Shown: positions 43,908-55,471, numbered from the whole stretch's first letter. The stretch: 59,768 nucleotides of DNA, filler included, from 4 parts of 4 records of this genome joined end to end with filler, not necessarily neighbours in it, one strand, 5' to 3'. Numbers and translations: made by a program. The notes: generated by a model not told the origin, from the letters alone.

Positions 43908-46900
43908 ATGAATTTCCAGAATCAGAACGCCAGTCCCCGGTCACTATCGGGGCGCAACGTCACAGCCATCCTCGGCCCTACCAATACGGGCAAGACGCAT
44001 CTCGCCATCGAGCGCATGGTGGCGCACTCGAGCGGTATCATCGGTCTGCCGCTGCGCCTTTTGGCACGCGAGGTTTACACGCGGGTTGTTGCCAAGGTGG
44101 GCGAGCAGCATGTGGCGCTGATTACCGGCGAGGAAAAAATATCGCCACCTGGAGCGCGCTTTTCCGTGTGCACGGTGGAGGCCATGCCGCGCGAGGCGGA
44201 TGTGGCCTTTGTCGCCATCGACGAAGTGCAGCTTGCCGCTGATCTCGAGCGTGGGCATATCTTTACCGACCGTATCCTGCATCTGCGCGGACGCGAGGAA
44301 ACGCTGCTGCTGGGTGCCGGCACGATGCGCGGCATCCTGGAAAAGCTTCTGCCGGGCCTTTCCGTCATCACGCGGCCGCGCATGTCGGTGCTTACCTATT
44401 CCGGTTCGCGCAAGATCACGCGGCTACCGCGCCGCTCGGCCATTGTCGCGTTCTCCTCAGACGAGGTTTACGCGATCGGCGAGTTGATCCGTCGTCAGCG
44501 TGGCGGTGTCGCCGTGGTGCTTGGCGCGTTGAGCCCGCGCACACGAAATGCTCAGGTGGCACTCTACCAGTCTGGCGACGTCGATTACCTTGTCGCCACG
44601 GATGCGATCGGCATGGGGCTCAACCTCGATGTCGACCACGTAGCGTTTGCGCAGAACCGCAAGTTCGATGGTTTCCAGTATCGCGACCTCAATCCGGCAG
44701 AGCTCGGCCAGATCGCCGGTCGTGCAGGCCGACATTTGCGCGACGGCACGTTTGGTGTGACAGGCCAGGTGGATCCGCTTGCCGATGAACTCGTCCATCG
44801 CATCGAGGCGCATGAATTCGATCCGGTCAAGGTGCTGCAATGGCGTACTGCAGCGTTCGACTTTTCAAGCATCGACGCGCTCAGAGCCTCACTTGATATG
44901 CCGCCTCCGGTCGAGGGGCTCACCCGCGCGCTGCCTGCCGCGGATGCCAAAGTGCTCGAATTCCTGTCGCGAGATGAGGACATTCGCAAGCTGGCGAACG
45001 GGCGCGAACGTGTCGGCCTTCTGTGGGAAGCCTGCGTGCTCCCCGATTACCGGCGCATTGCACCGGCCCAGCACGCAGAAATTGTTGGTGCAGTCTTTTC
45101 TGATCTGGCGCGAATGGGCCATGTCGATGAAGACTATATGGCTGAACAGGTCAAACGCGCCTCGTCCACCGAGGGGGACATCGATACTTTATCGCAGCGG
45201 ATCGCGCAGATCCGTACATGGACATTTGTTTCGCATCGGCCCGGATGGTTGGCCAACGCGACACACTGGCAAGAAAAAACACGAGAGATTGAGGACAGTT
45301 TGTCCGATGCGCTGCATGAGCGATTGACGAAACGCTTTGTGGACCGCAGGACTTCCGTGCTCATGAAGCGCCTGAGAGAGAATGCAATGCCGGAAGCAGA
45401 AATCAGCCCCGTTGGCGAAGTCCTTGTCGAGGGGCACCATGTTGGTGAGATGCTAGGGTTCCGCTTTACTGCCGACCGTTCGGCGGAAGGCGAAGACGCG
45501 CGAGCCGTCAAGGCAGCCGCGCAAAAAGCGCTCGCAGCCGAGTTTGAAACCCGGGCTGAGCGTTTTGCTTCGTCAGGCAATGGAGATCTGGCGCTCGATT
45601 CCGATGGCCTGCTGCGCTGGCTCGGGCAGCCTGTCGGTACGCTCGTGGCTGGCGACGATGCTTTGAAACCGCGTGTTGTGCTTCTGGCAGACGAGCAGCT
45701 TACCGGGCCGGCACGCGACAAGGTTGCTGCGCGCGCCGAGCGCTTTGTGTCATATCAGATCGAGTCGCTTCTCAAGCCTCTGGTGGACCTTCGAAACACT
45801 GAAAGTCTCTCGGGAATGGCACGCGGCATCGCCTTCCAGCTTGCAGAGAACTTCGGCGTGCTCAATCGACGCAACGTGGCCGAAGATGTCCGTGCTCTTG
45901 ATCAGGATGCGCGCGCTTCGCTGCGCCGCCTCGGTGTCCGCTTTGGCGCCTACCACATCTTTGTTCCTGCGCTGATCAAACCCGCACCTGCCGGCCTTCT
46001 GACGCTTCTGTGGGCGCTTATAAACGATGCCAAGGACAAGCCGGGCTATGGAGATGTCGTGAATGCGCTCGCCGCGGGACGCACCTCCATCGTTACCGAT
46101 CCGACTTTTGAGAAAGCCTTCTACGGGCTCGCGGGCTATCGCAATCTTGGGCGCCGCGCGGTGCGTGTCGACATTCTCGAACGCCTCGCGGATCTGATTC
46201 GTCCCGCGCTTTCCTGGAAGCCGGGAGCAGGCGCGCGCCCTGAAGGCGGCTATGACGGGGGTGCCTTTGTGGTCACACCGGCGATGATGTCGATTCTTGG
46301 CGCGACCGCTGATGATATGGAAGCGATCCTCAAGGGGCTGGGTTATCGTGGAGAGCCAAAGCCCGCGGATGAGGTGGCTGCGCATCTGAAGGCTCTGGAC
46401 GAGACGGCTTCGCAGACCGAAACGGCGCAGAAAGCCCAGAGCGATGGTGCCGTCGAACCAGTCGCCGAAGGCTCCGACACAGCTGCGCACAAAGAGACTG
46501 CCGAACCGGATGTGGATGGCGCAGCCGCAGCAGACGCGGTGGAGGCCCCGGTGGAAAACGCGGCACCGGCCGCAGATCCCAGCAAGCCGGATGCAGAAAA
46601 CGCCGAGCCGGATGCAGAAAACGCCGGGAAGGATGAAGAACCTGCTTCAGAAGCCCCGGATGCAGGTGCATCCGGTGCATCCGGCGAGGAAGAAGAGCCC
46701 AAACCTGTCATCATCTGGCGGCAGGCGCGTTTTGACGGGCGCAAACGTCATGGTGCGGGCAAGGGAAATCCGCGTCAGCAGGGGCGTGGGCGTCAGGAAC
46801 GTGACGGTGCGCAGAAGCGCGGCAAGCCCCCACGCAAGGACGGTGACAAGCCAGGCTTCAAGCGCAAGGGCGCGCCTCACCGTCCGCGCGAGGAGCGGCC

Positions 46901-46967
46901 GGCCCGGATCGATCCGGATTCGCCCTTTGCCAAGCTCGCTGCCCTGAAGGACCAGTTGAAAAAGTAG
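43908..46967 (+). CDS. SUV3-like ATP-dependent helicase (MgpS family)
   Basis: LGPTNTGKT, DEVQ, ATDAIGMGLN, QIAGRAGR; C-terminal DPDSPFAKLAALK typical of the alphaproteobacterial family. Confidence 0.92.
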   Translation: MNFQNQNASPRSLSGRNVTAILGPTNTGKTHLAIERMVAHSSGIIGLPLRLLAREVYTRVVAKVGEQHVALITGEEKISPPGARFSVCTVEAMPREADVAFVAIDEVQLAADLERGHIFTDRILHLRGREETLLLGAGTMRGILEKLLPGLSVITRPRMSVLTYSGSRKITRLPRRSAIVAFSSDEVYAIGELIRRQRGGVAVVLGALSPRTRNAQVALYQSGDVDYLVATDAIGMGLNLDVDHVAFAQNRKFDGFQYRDLNPAELGQIAGRAGRHLRDGTFGVTGQVDPLADELVHRIEAHEFDPVKVLQWRTAAFDFSSIDALRASLDMPPPVEGLTRALPAADAKVLEFLSRDEDIRKLANGRERVGLLWEACVLPDYRRIAPAQHAEIVGAVFSDLARMGHVDEDYMAEQVKRASSTEGDIDTLSQRIAQIRTWTFVSHRPGWLANATHWQEKTREIEDSLSDALHERLTKRFVDRRTSVLMKRLRENAMPEAEISPVGEVLVEGHHVGEMLGFRFTADRSAEGEDARAVKAAAQKALAAEFETRAERFASSGNGDLALDSDGLLRWLGQPVGTLVAGDDALKPRVVLLADEQLTGPARDKVAARAERFVSYQIESLLKPLVDLRNTESLSGMARGIAFQLAENFGVLNRRNVAEDVRALDQDARASLRRLGVRFGAYHIFVPALIKPAPAGLLTLLWALINDAKDKPGYGDVVNALAAGRTSIVTDPTFEKAFYGLAGYRNLGRRAVRVDILERLADLIRPALSWKPGAGARPEGGYDGGAFVVTPAMMSILGATADDMEAILKGLGYRGEPKPADEVAAHLKALDETASQTETAQKAQSDGAVEPVAEGSDTAAHKETAEPDVDGAAAADAVEAPVENAAPAADPSKPDAENAEPDAENAGKDEEPASEAPDAGASGASGEEEEPKPVIIWRQARFDGRKRHGAGKGNPRQQGRGRQERDGAQKRGKPPRKDGDKPGFKRKGAPHRPREERPARIDPDSPFAKLAALKDQLKK

Positions 46968-46976
46968 CGCCATGCA

Positions 46977-47366
46977 ATGATCGGGACGGCTTTAGAACGG
47001 CAGCGCATCGACAAGTGGCTGTTCTTTGCGCGGGTGGTGAAATCACGCTCACTCGCCGCCAAGCTCGCACAGGCGGGACGCGTCCGGGTCAATCGTAACA
47101 AGATCGAGCAGGCTGCTTACCAGATCAAGGTGGGTGATGTGCTCACGATCTCTCTTGACCGCCGCATCCTTGTCTACCGGGTTCTGGCGCCTGGTACGCG
47201 CCGTGGTCCTGCGGAAGAGGCGCGTATGCTCTACGAGGATATGACACCGCCCGCTCCGCCGAAAGAGATCGTGGCCGCGACGCTGCCGCCAAAGCGCGAC
47301 ACCGGAGCCGGTCGCCCGACGAAGAAGGAGCGTCGCGCGCTGGATCGCTGGCGTGACGACGGATGA
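46977..47366 (+). CDS. hslR: S4-domain RNA-binding protein (Hsp15/HslR-like)
   Basis: RIDKWLFFARVVKSRSLA, RRGPAEEARMLYED, GRPTKKERR. Confidence 0.9.
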   Translation: MIGTALERQRIDKWLFFARVVKSRSLAAKLAQAGRVRVNRNKIEQAAYQIKVGDVLTISLDRRILVYRVLAPGTRRGPAEEARMLYEDMTPPAPPKEIVAATLPPKRDTGAGRPTKKERRALDRWRDDG

Positions 47367-47503
47367 GGCCCGAACGAGTTCTGCGAAGCTGGAATGGGAT
47401 TTCGCCTGCGACGATTGCCGCGCAATAACGGGCCTTGCAACGGCCCTTCAAAGGCGATACCTCACCTCTCGACATTCGAAGAAGCTGTCAGCCGAGAGCA
47501 CCA

Positions 47504-47842
47504 ATGACCTATATCGTCACCGACAATTGCATCAAGTGCAAGTACATGGACTGTATAGAAGTCTGTCCGGTGGACTGTTTCTATGAGGGCGAGAACATGC
47601 TCGTCATTCACCCGGATGAGTGCATCGATTGCGGCGTCTGTGAGCCGGAGTGCCCGGCAGAGGCGATCAAGCCCGACACCGAGCCGGGTCTGGATAGCTG
47701 GCTTCAGCTCAATTCCGAGTATGCCGAAAAATGGCCCAATATCACTGCCAAGAAAGAACCTCCGGCAGACGCCAAGGAATTCGACGGTGTCGAAAACAAG
47801 CTGGAGCAGTACTTTTCGCCGGAGCCTGGCGAAGGAGATTGA
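47504..47842 (+). CDS. fdxA: Ferredoxin FdxA (7Fe/8Fe type)
   Basis: [51 protein letters not shown]. Confidence 0.96.
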   Translation: MTYIVTDNCIKCKYMDCIEVCPVDCFYEGENMLVIHPDECIDCGVCEPECPAEAIKPDTEPGLDSWLQLNSEYAEKWPNITAKKEPPADAKEFDGVENKLEQYFSPEPGEGD

Positions 47843-47931
47843 GCCCACTTTTCGTCCGTGGGGCATAACGCTGAAAGACGGGGCGGTCGCGCAGGATTCT
47901 GCCGCGACATCTTCGCACATGCGTCAAATTC

Positions 47932-47960
47932 TTGATTCTTTCGGCTTTTTGTGGTAGCTT
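47932..47960 (+). promoter_or_regulatory. Sigma70-like promoter for the next gene, which lies beyond the contig (often carD in this synteny)
   Basis: TTGATT-N17-TAGCTT, with a GANTC overlapping the -35 element. Confidence 0.4.
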
Positions 47961-48103
47961 CGTAAAATCATGCCGGTGACAACACGTCTTTTGATGGCGC
48001 ACACAGACTAATCACTGAAAGGTGGGGCTCAAAATCCGGACCGGGGCTATCTGGGTCAGGGTGTATTGGTTTGCGTGGCGGGCCTGCGGTACAGGGGCTG
48101 TCA

Positions 48104-48203
48104 NNNNNNNNNNNNNNNNNNNNNNNNNNNNNNNNNNNNNNNNNNNNTTAATTAATTAANNNNNNNNNNNNNNNNNNNNNNNNNNNNNNNNNNNNNNNNN
48201 NNN
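48104..48203. other. Artificial contig linker
   Basis: N44-TTAATTAATTAA-N44. Confidence 0.98.
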
Positions 48204-49158
48204 GCAGCAGCAGCAGCAACAACAACAACAACACCAGCATTTTGAGTCTATGCTTGTTGGAGCTCTTGATGAAAGCAGCGTTGATACACTTTTTGAACAG
48301 GTCAGCTCAATGTTTTCTCTCCCGAAAGTGAGAAATTAATATTGTTTTCAGCTACGTGGTCTCTGTCGTCACACAGAAAAGCCATATGAGGTGTGGGAAC
48401 TTGTGTACAAGAATGAGCAGAGTAAGTCCCTGATCTTTTCCTTGCTTCGGTGAAGCGCATATTGATATTGTATAGAACAACCTTTCACCGAGGTTCGAGT
48501 ACGTAGGACAACGATCGAAGGACACACGAGGTGGACCCTTCGATATGTTGGCACGCAGCTTGCTGATGAAACCACCGTTCCAAACTCTACGTTGAAAAAG
48601 AAACGGCCAACGACAGTTCGGGGCTTTGCTGAGGTGAGGGGGGCGACGACGGCGGTGCTCCATTTCTGTTGACTTGTTGTGTTCAGGTGTTTGTCAGTGA
48701 AAACATAGGCGCCTTCCTCGAGTCACTTGGTTTTAGGTTTGATTTCGAGTTCCTTCGCACTGGTCACCTTTTCATCAAGGACAATGGCGTACAGGTCTCC
48801 ATTTCACATATCAATAAGGTATGGAACTTTCGAGACAAACACCACCTGGCTGATGTATTTGTGCAGATGCCAGTGCGCCATAGTGTTGAAGAAGCCGTCC
48901 GAGATGATCCCACAACACTTTATGTAGAGGTTTTCTCATCAGTGGAGTTTACTAGGGAGGATGATATTCGCTTCTTGGAGGAGAAGGTCAAGGATGTTGC
49001 TCATGTGCTCGTACCGTAAGTGAAGTGCCCCGTGTTCTCAGATTCATGCTCATGCTCAAGACAGAATTGTTCCTATGTACAAACAAGAAATCCGTGTAGC
49101 ACAGGCAATGCAGATGAAACCAGTTGGGAATGTCGGGAATAAGGGTGCGAAGAAGTAG
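48204..49158 (+). CDS. MED18: Mediator subunit 18, 5'-truncated in a polyQ tract; 6 exons
   Basis: Spliced: ...FEQ|LRGLC...RVRR...WTLRYVG...TVR..AE|VFVSENIGAFLESLGFRFDFEFLRTGHLF...LYVEV...VAHVLVP|..., matching the Med18 pattern. Confidence 0.85.
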
Positions 49159-49401
49159 AGACACCGCTGCACGGCATCTATCACAGCGCGGAATCTATAC
49201 GAATTGAGTCGCGGCATATGTTGTTGTCATTTCGATATGATAGAGTAAGACATGTAGCTCGGAGTGATAGCCTGATAATACACAAGGTGCAGCAGGTCCC
49301 GCTACACGGAATGACCGGGGCTCGCAGTAAACAATACCATTCAGGTGATGGAAAATCGCGTTTATTGTTACAGGAATATTTGCGGTACAACTGCTGGGGC
49401 T

Positions 49402-51794
49402 TTATGCCTTGCGAGAGAATTTGAGCTTGTGGCCGTTTGACTTGGACCGCTTCTTCATTGCCAAAGTCTTGGCACGGCCCTTCTCCTTGATTGATCGTTT
49501 CTCCTTGGCCTTGACTGAACGCTTCTGTTTCACCATGCTGAATGGATTGTTCTTCTTCTTCTCGCGGTTCGTCGTTCCTCCCTTGCGAGCGCTATCGTTC
49601 TTTTCCTTTCTCTCCTCGCGCACCGCCTCACGACCTTCGTGTACGGTCTTCAGCCTGTCCTCCAGCTTCCTCTTCTGGCGCTTGCGGCTGCTTTCAAGAT
49701 CGCCCGCGTCTATAACGGCATCCTGTGTGACGGCGCGGACATTAGCGGCCTGAGCCATGGCAGTCTTGGCCACCTCAGCCTTGCGTTTCTTGCCATGCGC
49801 CTTCTCGGCCGCCTTGTCTGCCTGCAGCTTCTTGATCCTTTCAAAGTCCATGGGCGTGAGAATACGGGTTGCCTCGAGGGGAAGAGCGGATTCCCCGTTT
49901 TCTTCTTTGTCACCTTCATCTTCACTCTCGGAGTCGCTGCTGTTCTCATCCTCTTCATCGTCACCATCACGCTTACGCTTCTTTTTCTTGCCTTCGCTGT
50001 CACTATCGCTCATTTCAATATCGAGCACACCACGATCATCATCCTCCGAGACATCAATCCATCCCGATGACTCACTGTCGGATTCAGAAGCCACTTCCCA
50101 ACCATTTGCCTCTACTTCGTTGACGCCATCTTCGCCTTCCTCTCCTTCATTGCCTTCTAAGAGTCCGGCACCCTCAACTCCGGACATTACGCGTCGTTCT
50201 CCATACTTCATACCCTTGCGCTCTTCCAAATTCATTTGACCATCCTTTCCACGATCCTTCTTGACCAGCATGGCCGGGTTGACAACACGGTACAGCTGGA
50301 TAAGGGACCGAGCAGCGGCGACAACTCCCTTGTCGCGCGAAGATTTCATTTGTGTCAAGTCATTCAGAAGTGCTTCGTCAAGAGCTAAAGGCTGGCGAGC
50401 ACACATTTCTCTTACAGTATTCAAACCGACGCACATCGCCTCATTCGTGCATCTATCACTAACAAAGTTGTCTACAATTGTTCTTACTACGGGTTCTAAG
50501 TCTTCAGGAGGCACGAGTTCATGACAACCTTGGGCAAGGCATGCCATGATCTTTGCGACTTCCTTTTGGTGCGGCTGCAAATATCGCTGAATGAAGGGGT
50601 AGAAATTCAATATGACAAGCTCGTGAGAGCCAATCAAACGAGAAATAAGATCAATCATCATGATTTTGACCTCAAACCTCTCGTTGGATTGGCGAAGGTT
50701 GCGAAATATTTTCTCAGTAAATCCCTATAAGGAAAACAATTAATCAGAATTGGAAATGCGAACGACCTCACTACTAAAGAACAAGTACAATGGGTGGTCA
50801 TGAAACACGTTTCAGAAGCAGAACTGGCGTGTTTTTCGTAGTTTCAACATGGTGTCATGTTTTCAGAACGATATTCATCATAGTGTCCAGACCAACCACT
50901 CACAAGACATGGATATACACAAACACACAGGTGAAGATGAACATAGCATACCTGGGGATCATGAACTAGTTGAATCGCCGGGAAAACTGGTTCGGTTTCT
51001 TGTGCCTTCCTTTTGTTCTGTTTCTTCAGTCTGCCCTTCAGAAGCTTTTGTTTCTTCTTGTCCTTTTGTGTTCCTTTCTTGTCGAAGGCGTTGTACATGT
51101 CTTGCTTTGTAACCAAGTCTTCTTCGTCATCGACCAGGGCAGAGTCTCCTCCAAGGAAAAACCTCATGGCGGGAATGAATAGCTTGCTTTCCTTTCGCAA
51201 ACAAGCAGTCGCTATCACGTTCACTGTTTTAGCGTCATTCCAAACCATGCGTCGATAAAGCTCTACCATGACTTTTAAGGACATGGAAGCCGCAGTGAGA
51301 TTATCATCTTGCAACATAGTGAACATGAAGTTTTGCAAGGTCTTGTTGAGTTTGTTGTCCTTATGTTTCTGATTCATACGGCGAACGTCTTGCACAATAT
51401 GACTATAAAGCATAGTGCGGAGTGTCTTGTCTTGGGCACGGAACATCTTGAAAAACAAAGGAAGTAGATACATCGGAGTCAACATTCCCCTGTTCCTCAG
51501 CAGAATCAGCGCTTGGCAGAGAGTCATACGCAGTTTTGGCTCCATAATAAGATAGTGTTCTTCCAACAGGCCCATCACAAGCTTGGGGAACTCCACTGTC
51601 TCCTCTTTATAACACGGGCTGACCTGACTAATAAACGCGATGAGGTTACCAAAGGAGTTCGCATCGTCGGATGGTTTAAGCTCAAAAATCTTCAACGCGC
51701 TCTGAAAGTGTCTCCACTGCTGATTGAACTCCTCGCGGTAACCCGCTGGGTCCCTTTTGATCTTATTCTGAAGATTCAACAAGTCGGACGCCAT
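49402..51794 (-). CDS. SDA1: 60S ribosome biogenesis/export protein SDA1; one 227-nt intron 50725-50951
   Basis: LLNLQNKIKRDPAGYREEF, VWNDAKTVNVI, HDPQ|GFTEK, YLQPHQKEV, HELVPP, GLNTVRE.CARQP, TTNREKKKN. Confidence 0.95.
50805..50887 (-). ncRNA. Intronic box C/D snoRNA, snR61/U38 (SNORD38)-type guide for LSU rRNA
   Basis: Minus strand: acac-t-ATGATGA (box C, 50881-50875), CTGA (D', 50866-50863), guide CGCCAGTTCTGCTT then CTGA (box D, 50815-50812), closing gtgt. The guide is complementary to the conserved LSU sequence AAGCAGAACUGGCG. Confidence 0.85.
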
Positions 51795-52772
51795 GGCCCC
51801 GACTCTACTTAACATAGCTTCGCACTGTTTATCTACATATATGTGGGTGCAGTGCCAGTGGAGGTAGTCAGAGCTACGTGGCAGGTCGACTGTAATTGCG
51901 ACACTGGGTAAGAAGAGTGTGCACGCTCAGTGGACGCTGCTCAGCCGCATCGTCCGGGGACCACCGCGAGACACCAATAGGGCCTAAGTTAAGGCCACGG
52001 GCTTTTGAGACGATGGACCCTTCTATGTTTAGCGTCCGCGAGTTCTCATCTTGACATGCGGGAATCACGCCATGATGATGGATTGACTCGTTGTCATAAA
52101 CCAAGACAAAACGGTTGTTCTTTTCCTGATGATAGTTTCCCTTCGATGCCGATGCCAACTGACTCCCGCCAAAATGGTCTCCGGGCCGCCGCGGCGACTT
52201 GGCCAGCCAGATGGAAGGTCAGGGGGCCCTGACGGTAGCCGCCGGGACGGGCCGAGCCCCGCCAAGTCCCCGTGTGACGGGGACGGTTCACTGATGCTCT
52301 CCCGGTCATGATGAGCGGCCGAGTCCTGGCGGGTGGCAGTGTGACGACAGCCAGACATCCCTGCCTGAAGCCCACGGCTGGGCCTTGGGGGCGTGGCGGG
52401 GCCCGCCTGATGATGACCGCCGGACCCGCCCGCGCCCCCGCCCGCGCCTCAGTCCAGTAGCCGCGTCCTCCAGGTCCCGGGCCGGGCGGGGGTGGTCCGC
52501 CGGTCGGCTGTCCGGTCTAGTCGTGGCTCTGCACACACACCCTGAGGCCTATGGAAGTGTTCTCATTGGGGCTGCGGCCAGCGTGCGGGGGCTGCGTTCC
52601 TTCTCAATCCGCCGAGTGAACAACCTGGCCGTCTCTATCGCATGACGGATGGCTCCGGCTCAGGACCGCGGCCACCCCTGTCAACTCTCGCAGGGCCGCC
52701 CACTACAAATATCATCGAGCCTCGCAGAGTTTCGTACCATTTGTGCGTAGGCGCCACCTTGTCAGCGGCAAG

Positions 52773-55435
52773 ATGGAGGCAAGCATGTTTACTATATTGG
52801 TGGCTACTGACAATCATGCCGGCTTCATGGAGAAAGACCCAGTGCGTGGCAATGACTCCTTTGAAGCCATTGAAGAAATTTTTCAGATTGCACAGAAAGA
52901 AGAGGTGAAGACTATTGTGTGAATCGTTGCAAACTGCGCGACTAACTCATACAGGTGGACTTCCTCTTGCTTGGAGGAGATCTGTTCCATGAGCAGAAAC
53001 CCTCAAGAACCTGTGAACATAAGAGTGAGTACATCTGTGTGCAGTTTTGCCGTAGGGCTGACCTTTGTAGTTATGGAAATATTCCGCAAGTACACTCTGG
53101 GTAGTAACCCCGTTAATTTCCAGGTTGTTAGTGACCAAATGAAAAACTTTGGGAAGTATGTTTGCGCTCTTGTCTACGTGATATTTGCTTATCAGCTTTC
53201 TTCAGGAAAGTCAACTATGAGGACGAGAATGTCAACATCGGGCTTCCCGTATTTTCGATTCATGGGAATCACGACGAGCCCATTGGGGTTGGTGTTTGTA
53301 CGAGTGTGGGGATAAATGCTGACTGTGGAATCAACAGGATAAGAGCCTCTCGAGCCTCGATATGCTGGCTTCCAGCAACTACATAAACTACTTTGGTAAG
53401 GTGGAGGATGCCAATGATATTGCTGTTTCCCCTGTTCTACTCAAGAAAGGAGATACCCACTTGGCCCTTTATGGGCTCGGAAACATTCGTGATGAAAGGC
53501 TTTTCCAATCTTTCGCCAATGAGGTGAGGCATATCGGTTCGTTTTGGGCCGCTACTAACAGCCGTGTAGAAGGTGGAGTTCTTCCGACCCAATGATAGAA
53601 CTAAGAAGGATTGGTTCAATATATTTGTTATTCACCAAAATCGAAGACAGAGGTCTGAAAAGAACGCAATCCCGACCCAATTCCTTCCAGATTGGTTGGA
53701 CTACGTGATATGGGGACACGAACACGAGTGCTTGATCGAGCCTACTGAGGACGCCGGAGGACGATTCGTTGTTTCTCAGCCTGGTTCTTCTGTGGTGACC
53801 TCCCTTATCGAGGGAGAAGCAAAACCGAAGCATGTGTCATTATTGCGCATCTTCAAGGATAGATACAAGTGTACAAAAGTACCGCTGCGAACCCCCCGGC
53901 CGTTTGAGTTCAAGGAAATCGACTTGGACACAGTTGTAAGAATTGACGGTAGTATTGAACCAGTGAGTACTTCTAATATGGTGACCCAGGACGTTGATCC
54001 ACATTGTGAAGAGGAGGTAGAAAGGTTTTTAGAGGAAGAAGTTGAGAAAATGATCGAGAAGGCCAGAGCCTCGCAGGATGAGAACTACGATGCGAAAATA
54101 CCCCTAATCCGGCTAAAGGTTCGGTGAGACTGCAAGAGTGAGCCCTTTCGCTAATATTTATTGTTTAGGTGGAATACACTGAAGGGAAGAATTTGAACGC
54201 AACCAGATTCGGCCAGCGATTTGTCAAGCGGGTTGCCAACCCGCAAGATATCTTGAAATTTTCCAAGAGAAAGGTCCGCAAGAGGGCCCCGGCGGGTGGA
54301 GATGAAAATGTCGAATTACCAGATGAAATCATCGTCACCAATGACAAGCCAGAGTTGGATAAGTTCGTCTCCTGTTACCTCGACAAAAAGGGCAACCTCC
54401 GAGTACTCAAGGAGAAAGAATTGACTGATGCTGTTGAGAAATTCATCAAGCATGACGACAGCAAAGCAATCCATGACTTTGTTGATGCTGCGGTCAAGGC
54501 AACGAAAGAGAGGTTGCTTGAGGTAACATTTCTGTGTGACCTTGTGCAATTGATTACTCACAGCGTAGTTTAGGGAGGCGAGCAAATGTTTGACGAAGAT
54601 GCGCTGCGGAGGGAAATCGAAAAAATGGGCGAGATGCATATGGCTGAAAAGCGGGCGAACATGCAGGATGTTGACCCTGCAACCCAAAGGCTCCTGGATC
54701 AAGCCGACAAGGCACCTGCAGGGACATCTTGCAACCCGCTTTTCTACAACTCCGATGATGACATTGGAGTGGCTCCCTCAAGTGCCACAGGTTAGGATGC
54801 GATGTGGGCTTATTGGCGGATTATTGATGCATCGATTGCAGGTGTGGGAGCTAAGTCAACTGCCTCCCGTCGTGGCAGAGGTACTGCATCCACTGCCACT
54901 CGAGGGCGAGGAAAGTCTACAGCTGCAAGTGCGACAGGTCGTGGCCGGGGTCGTGGCACCGCTAGCACAACAGGCCGGCAGACCCAATTGAATTTTGGTG
55001 GCGGTACTGCTGCTGACACGAACGACGCCGTGTCAGTGGCCCAGTCGCGGAGCCGGCGCTCGACCACGAAGAGAGCCAAGATCCAACTAAACAGCGATAG
55101 TGATGATGAAAACGACGATGAAGACGATGGAGATGACGACTACAATGAATACTTTGATGGTGGTAAAAAAGGGTAAGTTGATTCTGTCTCTCGCAAGGAT
55201 AGGAATTAAGGATTGCTCCAGGAAAGGAAAGGCGAAGGGCAGGGCCGCGGATGACTCAGACGACTCGGATGAATATGAAAAGCCAAAGTCATCCCGTAAG
55301 AGGAAGGCTGCGGCAGCCGACTCCGACGAAGATTCACCACCCCCATCCAAGAAGCCAGCCACCAAATCCACTACTTCCCGGGTCTCCCAGCGCCAATCGA
55401 GACCTAGTGCCGCCTCACTGTTCAGAAAACGATAA
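52773..55435 (+). CDS. MRE11: Double-strand break repair nuclease MRE11; multi-exon
   Basis: ILVATDNH, LLGGDLFH, VFSIHGNHD, LYGLGNIRDERL, IHQNR, IWGHEHEC, SQPGSSV.TSL; RG-rich GAR tail. Confidence 0.96.
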
Positions 55436-55471
55436 AATCCAATTCAGAACACTACTGTTTATCCTGGATTC

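Noticed and set aside
46585-46627. 21-bp tandem duplication in the helicase gene
   Set aside because: In-frame PDAENAE duplication in a disordered linker; ordinary slippage.
50740-50803. Possible second snoRNA in the SDA1 intron (TCGCATTTC near CTGA, partial 5.8S match)
   Set aside because: No good box C, only 9 nt of complementarity not adjacent to the D box, and the CTGAT is better explained as the branch point.
34786-55435. Mei2-like and MRE11 as evidence of meiosis
   Set aside because: Neither is meiosis-specific, and they lie on different contigs.
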